From: Gammaproteobacteria bacterium
GTDB lineage: Bacteria; Pseudomonadota; Gammaproteobacteria; Eutrophobiales; Eutrophobiaceae
NCBI GenBank assembly: GCA_965116495.1
Contig: OZ220696.1
Coordinates: 288,001-352,000 of the forward strand
DNA: 64,000 bases
Direction: 5' to 3'
The notes under the pieces are model-generated. The model saw only the letters and a list, made by a program, of their open reading frames with translations, ran no database searches and had not been told where the DNA came from. Below are positions 27,788-37,079 of this stretch, in pieces; position 1 is the first letter of the stretch, and the number at the start of each line of letters is the position of its first letter. A program made the translations under genes and the position numbers.

Positions 27788-28357
27788 TCAGTTTTTCACG
27801 CCCTCCCAGCGCTTCACGATACCGGGTTCGATATCAAACAGGTCCAGCACGCGGCCGATACTGGCGTTGATAATGTCGTCAAGGCTCTGGGGACGGTTGT
27901 AAAACGCCGGTATGGGCGGGGCGATGATCGCTCCCAGTACCGAAGCTTCGTAGAATAACTTGCAGTGTCCCGTGTGCAACGGGGTCTCACGGGGCATGAT
28001 CACCAGGCGCCGGCGTTCCTTGAGGATCACGTCCGCGGCCCGTACCAGCAGGTTTTCTGCGTAAGAGTTTGTTATTGCCGACAGCGTCCGCATGGAACAG
28101 GGAGCGACAATCATACCGTCAGTCTTGAAAGAACCGCTGGAAATACTGGCAGCAACATCCTTTATGTTGTATGTCACGCCGGCCAATGCCTCTATGTCGG
28201 TGACGTCATGGTCCGTTTCAATACCGATATTGAGCTTGGCCGCGTTGGTCATGACCAGGTGGGTTTCAATATCCGAAATGTCTGCCAGCACTTGAACCAG
28301 CCGGATACCGTAAGGCAGGCCGCTGGCCCCGGACATGCCGATAATAATTCGTTTCAT
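27788..28357 (-). CDS. ubiX: Flavin prenyltransferase (UbiX/VdcB)
   Basis: Motifs IIGMSGASG, ASISSGSF, APCSM, RAADVILKERRRL, RETPLH and PAFYNRP. Confidence 0.95.
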   Translation of the reverse strand: MKRIIIGMSGASGLPYGIRLVQVLADISDIETHLVMTNAAKLNIGIETDHDVTDIEALAGVTYNIKDVAASISSGSFKTDGMIVAPCSMRTLSAITNSYAENLLVRAADVILKERRRLVIMPRETPLHTGHCKLFYEASVLGAIIAPPIPAFYNRPQSLDDIINASIGRVLDLFDIEPGIVKRWEGVKN

Positions 28358-28531
28358 AGAGAATTATGTTCCCTTTTTCAGAAGGAATTTAGAGTATTCA
28401 CAAAAACCGGATAAAATCAAATGCAAAATTTTCGAACTTTTTCAACTTTTATACTATACTCCGATGATACTGATATTTTTTCAGGTATATCCCGAAATTT
28501 GTATTAACTAGCCCGAAGGGGGAGGTCTACC

Positions 28532-30667
28532 ATGGCTGCACAATTGAAAGAAACCTATTACGGCGGTTGCCCGCATGATTGTCCCGATACCTGTTCCATG
28601 GTATTCGAAGTCGAGGATGGCAAACTCACCGGTGTTCACGGCAACCCGGAACATCCCATGACGCGCGGGGGCTTGTGTGTAAAGCTCGATGATTATGAAA
28701 AACGTCACTACCATCCCGATCGCGTTCTCCACCCCTTGCGCCGGACCGGCCCGAAGGGCAGTAAACAATTCGAACGCATCTCCTGGGATGAGGCGCTCAA
28801 CGAAGTGATCAGCCGCTGGAAAGACATCATCGACGAGTATGGCACCCAGGCTATCGCCCCGTACAGTTACCTCGGGCACCAGGGACTGATACATGGTTTG
28901 AACGGCGGTGATGCCTTTTTCAACAGGCTGGGCGCCACGGTTTGTGAGCGCACCTTCTGCGGTGAGGGGTCGGCAACGGCCTGGGTATTGACCAACGGTC
29001 CCACCAGCGGCGTTGACCCGGAAAGTTTCGCTCACTCCAAGTACATCATCCTCTGGGGTTGCAACAGCGTCAGCACCAACCTGCACGCCTGGCATTTTGT
29101 CAAGGACGCCAAAGACAGAGGGGCAAAACTGATAGTGATTGACCCCTACCGTTCACGCACCGCCAGACAGGCCGACTGGCACGTGACCATACGTCCCGGC
29201 ACCGACGGCGCCCTGGCCATGGCGATGATGAATGTCATCATTGAAGAGAACCTGGTTGACCAGGACTACGTGGACAACTACACCGTCGGTTACAAGGAAC
29301 TGGCGGAGCGGGCCAGCACGCGTACGCCTGAGTGGGCTGCTGAAATCACCGGTATCCCTGCCGATGATATCCGCACCCTGGCGCGTGAATACGCCGCCAA
29401 CAACCCGGCCGCCATACGCATCGGCGTTGCCGTGGAGAGAAACTGGGGCGGCGGTCAGGCAATACGCGCCATCAGTTGCCTGCCGTCCCTGACCGGCGCC
29501 TGGCGCGAAGTGGGAGGCGGTATTTACCAGATGACGTTCTGGGAACATCCCTACAAACTGGACGTGATATCGCAACCTGAGCTTATCCCGGAAGGCACGC
29601 GGGTCATCAACAACCTGCAGATCGGCCGGGCGCTGACCGGCGAGATGGAACTGGACCCGCCCATCATGTCCCTGATGTGCTGGAACTCCAACCCGGTAAC
29701 CCAAGCGCCTGAAGGCGACAAGATCATCAAGGGACTGGAACGTGAGGACCTGTTCATGGTGTCGGCCGAGCATTTTATCTCCGATACCGCGGCCTATGCG
29801 GATATCGTCCTGCCTGCAGCCATGGGGGCGGAAATGGAGGATATCATCCTGTCCTGGGGGCACAACTACCTGACCTACAACACCAAGTGTGCCGAATTGC
29901 CCGGCGAGGTGTTATCCAACAACGAGATATTCAACCGCTTGGCCGCGCGCATGGGCTTTGAGGAAGACCGCTTCAAGTGGTCCGACAGCGAGTGCCTGGA
30001 GCATTTCGTTGACTGGGATTCACCGGCCTGTGAGGGTCTCAGCGTGGATTACCTGCGTGATAATGGTTTTGCACGCATCAAGATTGGCGAACCGCATGAG
30101 CGGGCTCCGCACAAGGAGGGTAATTTCCCGACGCCATCAGGCAAGTGCGAGTTTTTCTCGGAAGCTGCAAGCAACGGCAATTTTGTCATAGCGCCGTTCC
30201 GGCAGATGTACGAGGACATGCAACCCGGCAACAGCGAACCGCTGGATAACCTGCCGGATTATGTGCCGTCAAAGGAAGCGCCGGAGACCAACCCGGAACT
30301 GGCGGCGAAATATCCGCTGAATATCATCGCTCCCAAGAGCCACGGTTTCCTCAACTCCTGTTATGCGAATATGGAAAACAAGATCAAGCGGCAAGGTGAT
30401 CAGTTCGTGATGATCAGCGAAGCGGATGCCGAGGCACGGGGTATCAGTGAAGGAGATCAGGTGCGCGTCTTCAATGACCGGGGCGCCTTCGAAGTTGTGG
30501 CCAAGGTTACTGAGGACGTCGGATCGGGTCTGGTTGTATCATCCCTGGGCTACTGGCGGCAGTTGAACAAGGGTACCGCCAACGTCGTATCGTCCGCGGA
30601 TTTTTCCGACATGGGGCATGCCCCGAGGGTGTTCGACAGCCTGGTACAGGTCGAGCTTGCAAGTTAA
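28532..30667 (+). CDS. Molybdopterin (bis-MGD) oxidoreductase of the uncharacterised CPHDCPDTC type
   Basis: Fe-S motif CPHDCPDTC...LC; RISWDEAL, IDPYRSRTA, RPGTDGALA, ADIVLPA and TPSGKCEF; C-terminal dinucleotide-binding domain; no Tat signal. Confidence 0.9.
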   Translation: MAAQLKETYYGGCPHDCPDTCSMVFEVEDGKLTGVHGNPEHPMTRGGLCVKLDDYEKRHYHPDRVLHPLRRTGPKGSKQFERISWDEALNEVISRWKDIIDEYGTQAIAPYSYLGHQGLIHGLNGGDAFFNRLGATVCERTFCGEGSATAWVLTNGPTSGVDPESFAHSKYIILWGCNSVSTNLHAWHFVKDAKDRGAKLIVIDPYRSRTARQADWHVTIRPGTDGALAMAMMNVIIEENLVDQDYVDNYTVGYKELAERASTRTPEWAAEITGIPADDIRTLAREYAANNPAAIRIGVAVERNWGGGQAIRAISCLPSLTGAWREVGGGIYQMTFWEHPYKLDVISQPELIPEGTRVINNLQIGRALTGEMELDPPIMSLMCWNSNPVTQAPEGDKIIKGLEREDLFMVSAEHFISDTAAYADIVLPAAMGAEMEDIILSWGHNYLTYNTKCAELPGEVLSNNEIFNRLAARMGFEEDRFKWSDSECLEHFVDWDSPACEGLSVDYLRDNGFARIKIGEPHERAPHKEGNFPTPSGKCEFFSEAASNGNFVIAPFRQMYEDMQPGNSEPLDNLPDYVPSKEAPETNPELAAKYPLNIIAPKSHGFLNSCYANMENKIKRQGDQFVMISEADAEARGISEGDQVRVFNDRGAFEVVAKVTEDVGSGLVVSSLGYWRQLNKGTANVVSSADFSDMGHAPRVFDSLVQVELAS

Positions 30668-30690
30668 TTTGAAGTAATATAGTCAGAATG

Positions 30691-30732
30691 GGGGCGGTAG
30701 TGATTAAACATAATCACTCCGTCCCTTTTTTT
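30691..30732 (+). terminator. Rho-independent terminator
   Basis: GGGGCGG-T-AGTGATTA/AACA/TAATCACT-CCGTCCC stem followed by T7, 24 nt after the stop codon. Confidence 0.8.
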
Positions 30733-30858
30733 ATGCCTCTATCCATCACAGGGACGTGTTTCAGTGACTCCTGTGCAGGTCTTCCAATAGTCGGCATACG
30801 TGTATTACCCCTGTACGGGTTACCGTAAAGACACATGGCAGGGCTCCCGGTCGTTCCT

Positions 30859-32370
30859 TCAGGAATTTTCTCCTATCAGTTTCTTTATCGGTTTTGTAAA
30901 AAGCAACAAAAGCAGGCCGGCAAAAACGGTGATTGAAATGATCTGCAAATACAGGTTGGGCATATCGTGCAGCGACTCGGGGTCAAATCGACCCGCCACC
31001 AGCCCGGCAATAATATTGCCGAGCGCACTGCCGAGAAACCAGATACCCATCATTTGACTGACAAAGCGTTTAGGCGCCAGTTTGCTGATAGAACTCAAGC
31101 CTACCGGGCTCAGACATAGCTCGCCGGTAGTGTGTAACAGGTAGGTAAAGAACAGCCAGGTAGGCAAAACTGAGTCTCCACTGACCACTAACTTTGATGC
31201 CGCAAACATGACCAGAAAACCGATGCCAAGCTGGATCAGTCCAAGACCGAATTTTGCCGGGATCGACGGGTCCAGGTTACGCCGGCCGAGGTGCACCCAG
31301 AGCGCCGCAAAAAACGGCGCAAATATCAGGATAAACATCGGGTTCAGGCTCTGGAACCAGCCGGCGGGAATTTCAAAGCCGAATATCATCCGGTCCGTGT
31401 AGCGTTGCGCAAACAGGTTGAGAGAAGACCCGGCCTGTTCAAATCCCGACCAGAATACGGCCTCGGCAATAACCAGAATGATGATGACGGCGACACACTT
31501 CTTTTCAGTCAAACTGAGTTCACCAAACGCGTACACGGCCACAAAGTACAACGCAGCTATGCCGGCAATGATAAATGTGGACACTTTGGCGAGCGACAAG
31601 GCATCAACCGTGATGGCGCCGGCCAGGCCCATGATTGTGGTAAATGCCACCAATCCAACACCGATCCCCACCAACAGCCAACCGTATTTTGGCGGTGATT
31701 TGCTTCTCCCGTCCGGACGCTGGTAATCGGGAAAACGTGCGGCATCACCCAGGTGATGACGGGTAAGACGGAACTGGATCAAACCGACCAGCATACCGAC
31801 ACCGGCCGCGGCAAACCCGTAGTGCCAGCCAAATCGATCACTTTCGCCCAATGTGCTGCAAATGAGCGGTCCGATCATGGCGCCCAGGTTTATTCCCATA
31901 TAGAAGATCGTATAACCGGCATCCCGGGCGGAACCGCCATCGGTATACAGTTCACCTACTATGGCACTGATGTTTGGTTTCAGCAGTCCGGTGCCCAGAA
32001 CTACAAACACCAATCCCAGGTAGAAGGTCGGCAACGCCGGGATAGCCAGTGTGAAATGCCCGAGCATTATGACCATTCCACCGTACCAGACGGCGCGTTG
32101 CGCACCCAGCAACCGATCGGCAATCCAGCCACCCGGCAACGCGGCCACGTAGACCGCTGCCGTGTACAAACCGTAAATAGCCGTGGCAGTCACGCCATCA
32201 AAGCCGAGACCGCCTTCAGTGATGGCCGCGGTCATAAACAGCACTAGTAAAGCACGCATGCCGTAGTAACTGAATCGTTCCCACATTTCAGTAAAAAACA
32301 GCGTATACAGACCGCGTGGGTGAGTTCCGGTTTTTGTTATCTGCGGGTCGGCGTAAACGGAAGTTGACAT
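30859..32370 (-). CDS. POT/PTR proton-dependent di/tripeptide transporter
   Basis: Motifs HPRGL...EMWERFSYYGMR, GLLKPNIS, FYMGINLG, EQAGSSLNLFA and GELCLSPVGLS. Confidence 0.95.
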   Translation of the reverse strand: MSTSVYADPQITKTGTHPRGLYTLFFTEMWERFSYYGMRALLVLFMTAAITEGGLGFDGVTATAIYGLYTAAVYVAALPGGWIADRLLGAQRAVWYGGMVIMLGHFTLAIPALPTFYLGLVFVVLGTGLLKPNISAIVGELYTDGGSARDAGYTIFYMGINLGAMIGPLICSTLGESDRFGWHYGFAAAGVGMLVGLIQFRLTRHHLGDAARFPDYQRPDGRSKSPPKYGWLLVGIGVGLVAFTTIMGLAGAITVDALSLAKVSTFIIAGIAALYFVAVYAFGELSLTEKKCVAVIIILVIAEAVFWSGFEQAGSSLNLFAQRYTDRMIFGFEIPAGWFQSLNPMFILIFAPFFAALWVHLGRRNLDPSIPAKFGLGLIQLGIGFLVMFAASKLVVSGDSVLPTWLFFTYLLHTTGELCLSPVGLSSISKLAPKRFVSQMMGIWFLGSALGNIIAGLVAGRFDPESLHDMPNLYLQIISITVFAGLLLLLFTKPIKKLIGENS

Positions 32371-32569
32371 GAGGTCTAATTCTATTGTTTAAGTCGGAAG
32401 ATAATATAACAGAGCGTTGATATCAGGAATTAATTATCAGGTACGTCCATGAGTTATATCCATCGCCGTCGGAAGAAGCTAAAATCATAACCTGGCGGTT
32501 GGCGACTATTTAAGGTGGACCAGTGGATAAACAAAACTTCAAAACTATGGAAAACCACTTCCGGCGGCA

Positions 32570-35434
32570 ATGAATCGCGCATTGTCAATCATAGCCATAG
32601 CGGCGACAGCCGTCGGCGCCTCTAACGCTGCAAACGGCCAGGAAGCCCGGCAGGAAACGCTGGAAGAAGTAGTCGTCACGGGATCACGCATTGCTGCCGA
32701 CCCCAACTTGGTGACGTCCAGCCCGGTAACCATGATCAAGTCGGAAGAGTTAAGCTTTCGCGGCATCACCCGTGTCGAAGACCTGGTCAACGACCTGCCA
32801 TCGATTGTGCCGGAATTGACCGCCAACGAATCGAATGACGCCACCGGTTCGGCAACGATTGACCTGCGCGGCCTGGGTTCTGATCGCACACTGGTTCTCA
32901 CCAACGGGCACCGCATGGGGTTTGGCGATGTAACCGCGCTCGCACCGGACATCAACCAAGTGCCGGGTGCGCTGATCGAACGGGTCGAGGTACTGACCGG
33001 CGGCGCGTCTGCAACCTACGGTTCGGATGCGATATCCGGCGTAGTCAACTTCATCATGAAAAAGGATTTTGAAGGGCTTCAGATCGACTACCAGTTTTCC
33101 GGGTATCATCACGATTCAGGAAACGAGGCTGTCCAGGCCGCAGTTGAGGCGAGTGGTTACGAGCAGGCTCCCGACAGTGTCTTTGATGGTGAAGGGCATG
33201 ACGTTAACGTAACCTTCGGTGTCAACACAGGCGACGGCAGGGGTAATATTACCGGCTACTTCGGCTACCGGGAAACCAATGCGCTTACCCAGTCGGAACG
33301 TGATTTCAGCGCCTGCGCGCTGAGTGGAGGGGGGACAGGTGATACCTGTGCCGGTTCTGCAACGCTGCCGACAGGCCTGTTTACACCTTTCGACGGCAGC
33401 TACTACTACACGGTCGCCGGCAACGAGTTTGTTCCCTGGGATTTCTCGCTCTACAACTATGGTCCGCCAAATCACTTTCAGCGTCCGGATGAGCGTTACA
33501 CAGCCGGCCTGTTCGGCAACTACGGGGTCAACGAGCGCCTGGAAGGGTACGTGGAATTCCAGTTCATGGACGACCGCACCAATGCGCAGATCGCACCATC
33601 CGGCGCTTTCTTCGTGACTTCCACGTTGAACTGCAGCAACGCGTTCCTGTCTGCACAACAGTTCGCCGCCATTGGTTGCACGGATCCGTCGGAGGTATTG
33701 CCGTTATATATCGGTCGCCGCAATGTGGAAGGCGGTTTTCGCAACGATGACATAACCCATACCTCGTATCGAGGCCTGGGTGGCATCAAGGGCGATATCA
33801 ACGACGAATGGAGTTACGATGCGTTTGTCAACATCTCGCGCACGAGCCTGGCCAAGTTGTATACCAACGACCTGTCCACCACCCGGATCATAAGATCGCT
33901 GGATGTGGTCAGTGTCGATGGTGTGCCGACTTGCCAGTCCGTCATCGACGGCAACGATCCCAGTTGCGTACCCTGGAACATCTTTGAGACGGGCGGCGTG
34001 ACGCAGGCAGCGCTCGACTACCTGCGTTTACCTCTGTATGCTTCGGGCAGCCTGGACCAGGACCAGTATGTCGCCTACGTATCCGGCGACCTGACCAACT
34101 ACGGGCTTGTCAGCCCTATGGCGTCGGACGGGGTACAAGTCGTGTTCGGAGGTGAATACCGGGATGAAAAAATGGGCTTTGACCCTGACGAAGGTTATCG
34201 AACCGGTGACGGCGCCGGCCAGGGCGGGCCGACCGCACCCGTAGATGGCGAAGTGGATGTCACCGAGTTCTTCATTGAAGCCAAGCTCCCGCTGGTAGAG
34301 TACCAGCCCATGATCCAGTCCCTGACCCTCGACGTCGGTTATCGTTACTCCGATTACAGCACGGGACATACAACGGATACCTACAATGTGCTTGCTGAGT
34401 GGACACCGGTAGACAACCTCAAGTTACGCGGCGGTTATTCCCGGGCCGTCAGGGCCGCGAACATCAGGGAGTTGTTCGAACCGCGCAACCTGGGGCTGTG
34501 GGCCGGCACTGACCCATGCGCGGGTTCGGCTCCCATACAGTCGCAGGCACAGTGTGTGAACTCAGGGGTGACGGCAGCGCAGTACGGCAGCATTCCCCTG
34601 AGTCCCGCCGGCCAATACAACGCCATTTACGGCGGCAACGCCGAACTCGCCCCGGAGAAGGCCAACACGTTCACCATCGGCGCGGTCATTACTCCTGATG
34701 ATATCATTTCAGGGCTGACGGTCAGCGTTGACTACTGGAGTATCGAGATACTGCACGCTATCGACGATGTGGAGCCTGAGTTCATTGTCAACCAGTGCGG
34801 TCTGACCGGTGACCCGGTCTTCTGCTCACAGGTCCATCGCGGACCCAACGGCAACCTCTGGATCGGCAGTAGCGCGACCGCCCCCAACGTCGTCTCGACC
34901 AATATCAACATCGGCTTTTTCGAGACCTCCGGGATCGACTTCTTCGGCAATTATGTCATGGAACCGGGCAATTACGGCGCCCTGGAGTTTACCTTCCGCG
35001 GCACCTGGCTGGAGAAATTTGACCAGCAGTTGACACCCGGCGCCGTGGTTGAAGGCTGTGCCGGCTATTATGCCAGCACCTGCGTCCGTCCGAGGCCGAA
35101 GTGGCGGCACAATTTCGGTGCGGTCTGGACCTCGCCCTGGGATATGACATTTGCCGGAAGCTGGCGTTATGTCAGCAGAGTCGATGAATTTGCCAACGAT
35201 CGTTTCAGCTCCGGCACTGAGAACTACGTCGACCTATCGGTCCAATACGCACCGGCGTTCATCGGACTGGGCGAAACCACGTTGAGCGTGGGGGTCAGCA
35301 ACCTGCTTGATAATGACCCGCCGGTCAGTGGTTTCTTCGGCAATGTATCGGTGTACGGCAACGGCAACACTATCCCGGGTATGTGGGATACCCTGGGCCG
35401 TTACCTCTTCTTCGGGGTCTCCCAGAAATTCTGA
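32570..35434 (+). CDS. TonB-dependent receptor 2 (large type)
   Basis: LEEVVVTGSRI, IDLRGLGSDRTLVL and IERVEVLTGGASATYGSDAISGVVNFI; terminal Phe. Confidence 0.95.
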   Translation: MNRALSIIAIAATAVGASNAANGQEARQETLEEVVVTGSRIAADPNLVTSSPVTMIKSEELSFRGITRVEDLVNDLPSIVPELTANESNDATGSATIDLRGLGSDRTLVLTNGHRMGFGDVTALAPDINQVPGALIERVEVLTGGASATYGSDAISGVVNFIMKKDFEGLQIDYQFSGYHHDSGNEAVQAAVEASGYEQAPDSVFDGEGHDVNVTFGVNTGDGRGNITGYFGYRETNALTQSERDFSACALSGGGTGDTCAGSATLPTGLFTPFDGSYYYTVAGNEFVPWDFSLYNYGPPNHFQRPDERYTAGLFGNYGVNERLEGYVEFQFMDDRTNAQIAPSGAFFVTSTLNCSNAFLSAQQFAAIGCTDPSEVLPLYIGRRNVEGGFRNDDITHTSYRGLGGIKGDINDEWSYDAFVNISRTSLAKLYTNDLSTTRIIRSLDVVSVDGVPTCQSVIDGNDPSCVPWNIFETGGVTQAALDYLRLPLYASGSLDQDQYVAYVSGDLTNYGLVSPMASDGVQVVFGGEYRDEKMGFDPDEGYRTGDGAGQGGPTAPVDGEVDVTEFFIEAKLPLVEYQPMIQSLTLDVGYRYSDYSTGHTTDTYNVLAEWTPVDNLKLRGGYSRAVRAANIRELFEPRNLGLWAGTDPCAGSAPIQSQAQCVNSGVTAAQYGSIPLSPAGQYNAIYGGNAELAPEKANTFTIGAVITPDDIISGLTVSVDYWSIEILHAIDDVEPEFIVNQCGLTGDPVFCSQVHRGPNGNLWIGSSATAPNVVSTNINIGFFETSGIDFFGNYVMEPGNYGALEFTFRGTWLEKFDQQLTPGAVVEGCAGYYASTCVRPRPKWRHNFGAVWTSPWDMTFAGSWRYVSRVDEFANDRFSSGTENYVDLSVQYAPAFIGLGETTLSVGVSNLLDNDPPVSGFFGNVSVYGNGNTIPGMWDTLGRYLFFGVSQKF

Positions 35435-35439
35435 CCCTG

Positions 35440-36765
35440 TTACCTGAAACGCGGGTCCTGATCAGGACTCCAGGGCTGCTTCAGCAGTTTGTCCGGATCC
35501 CCGTATTTCGCGGCGATGGCGCGAATTTCCGGATCATCAAGCGCCGTCAGGTGGCCGCGGTCGATAATCAGCTCTCCATCCACCGTCAACGTCGGCCGGT
35601 AGATCACGAAGTCCTTGTGGTGTACGGGATAACCGTGCTTGTTGGTAAATTCCGCAGTAAATCCGCCCGCCGTCATGCCGACGGCAATGTGGAACACACC
35701 CGCTTTCAGGTCGATGTTGTAGGTCCACCATTTGCCGGACCAGGCCATATCCGGGATGTCCGGCAGGGGTTCATAGCCTGGAACAGGGTAAAAGCCCCAG
35801 ACCGCGTATTCCACCCAGTCAACCCCGGGGCCGGGGTAGTGCGGGTACTGGACGTCCTGGTACTTCTCGAATGCGGTGCGTAAATGATCACCCATACTGC
35901 CGCCGCCTGTTACCTTGGCGACCCTGCCTTTATCTATGTGCAGTTCAATGGTGGGAATCCTGCCGGAGTGCAGGTGGTCGGATACGAACACGCCCCGCAT
36001 GTCCGGGTTGTCGCTCAGGTGAATACGCGGAGAATGGTTGTTGACGATATCACCCCATAACTCGTTGTAGCGGCTCCACATCTGCTCATCCAGCGTCCAC
36101 TTCAGGTCGGTGCCATTGGGATCCGTCAGGTGGAAGTTTTTGCCGTTGCGCATGGTGTCATAACCCTTGCGGATCAGCGCCCAGACAAGCTCATCGGGGT
36201 AATCCCTGTTGGCGGCAAGCCGCTGGCGCTGCTGGTGCGTATTCCACAGCATGTGAAACACGGTGTCGGTGTCGTGGGCCCATTTGTTTTTCCAGCCGAC
36301 GCCGGGAACGTTGACGGCCGGCATCAGGTTGACCGGGTTGATAAAAGACAGTGGCAGTACCCGGTCATAACCCGCGGCGGCGTCCCAGACCCATTGCGGC
36401 CACGGGTTTTTCTCGAAGATTTCAAGGACGAGTTCGGTGGGGTCTGTTACGTCCAGGCGGCCTTGCAGCATAATCGTGTCCACCTGGCCGGCGCCGAGGC
36501 GCCATGCAGCGACATAGAAAGCCTCGGCAGTTAACGGGTCTACGGAACGGTCGCTTACTATCAGGACCTTTTCACCGGGTTGCATACCCGGTACGTATCC
36601 CGGGCGGCTGAGATTGTCCATCGCTGCGGGAACAATGTCCTCCAGGGTAATATCTTCCGGAGCGGGATAGGGATACAACGGCGGTTCGTTTGCCGGCGCC
36701 TGTTGCATGAACAAAATAAGGATAATCGGGGAGAGCAATTGTTTCATGGAGGTCAGAATATTCAT
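35440..36765 (-). CDS. Secreted hypothetical protein with M29-aminopeptidase/NicX-like fold
   Basis: Signal-peptide-like MKQLL...APA; GEKVLIVSD, FHLTDPNGTDL, FHIAVG and HKD...PTLTVDGELIIDRG. Confidence 0.6.
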   Translation of the reverse strand: MNILTSMKQLLSPIILILFMQQAPANEPPLYPYPAPEDITLEDIVPAAMDNLSRPGYVPGMQPGEKVLIVSDRSVDPLTAEAFYVAAWRLGAGQVDTIMLQGRLDVTDPTELVLEIFEKNPWPQWVWDAAAGYDRVLPLSFINPVNLMPAVNVPGVGWKNKWAHDTDTVFHMLWNTHQQRQRLAANRDYPDELVWALIRKGYDTMRNGKNFHLTDPNGTDLKWTLDEQMWSRYNELWGDIVNNHSPRIHLSDNPDMRGVFVSDHLHSGRIPTIELHIDKGRVAKVTGGGSMGDHLRTAFEKYQDVQYPHYPGPGVDWVEYAVWGFYPVPGYEPLPDIPDMAWSGKWWTYNIDLKAGVFHIAVGMTAGGFTAEFTNKHGYPVHHKDFVIYRPTLTVDGELIIDRGHLTALDDPEIRAIAAKYGDPDKLLKQPWSPDQDPRFR

Positions 36766-36837
36766 AAATCCGGGATAAAATTAAACAAAAAGCTATCTTT
36801 AACTCACTATTCAACCTATGTATTATAGACTGTTATT

Positions 36838-37074
36838 ATGATTTTCCAATGTCCCCGATGTGCTGCAGACGGTGACCGCTGCCGGGAGGACTACAAGGGA
36901 ATGGACGGCGACACCGTTGCCTGGACCGTATTTCACTGCATGGATTGTTCGTTCACGTGGCGTGATTGTGAACCTGAAACCGTGGTAATACATGAGATGC
37001 GCCGGTCATGGGCAAACCTTACCAACCTGGGTCCGGAAGCCTACCCGCACAACATCCCGCCGCCGCAGGGGTAA
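36838..37074 (+). CDS. Phenolic acid decarboxylase subunit D (VdcD-like), copy 2
   Basis: CPRC...WTVFHCMDCSFTWRDCEP...HNIPP; clearly homologous to 14551-14793. Confidence 0.85.
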   Translation: MIFQCPRCAADGDRCREDYKGMDGDTVAWTVFHCMDCSFTWRDCEPETVVIHEMRRSWANLTNLGPEAYPHNIPPPQG

Positions 37075-37079
37075 TATCG

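Noticed and set aside
28532-30667. Formate dehydrogenase, nitrate reductase or selenoprotein
   Set aside because: No in-frame TGA, no Tat signal and no partner subunits.
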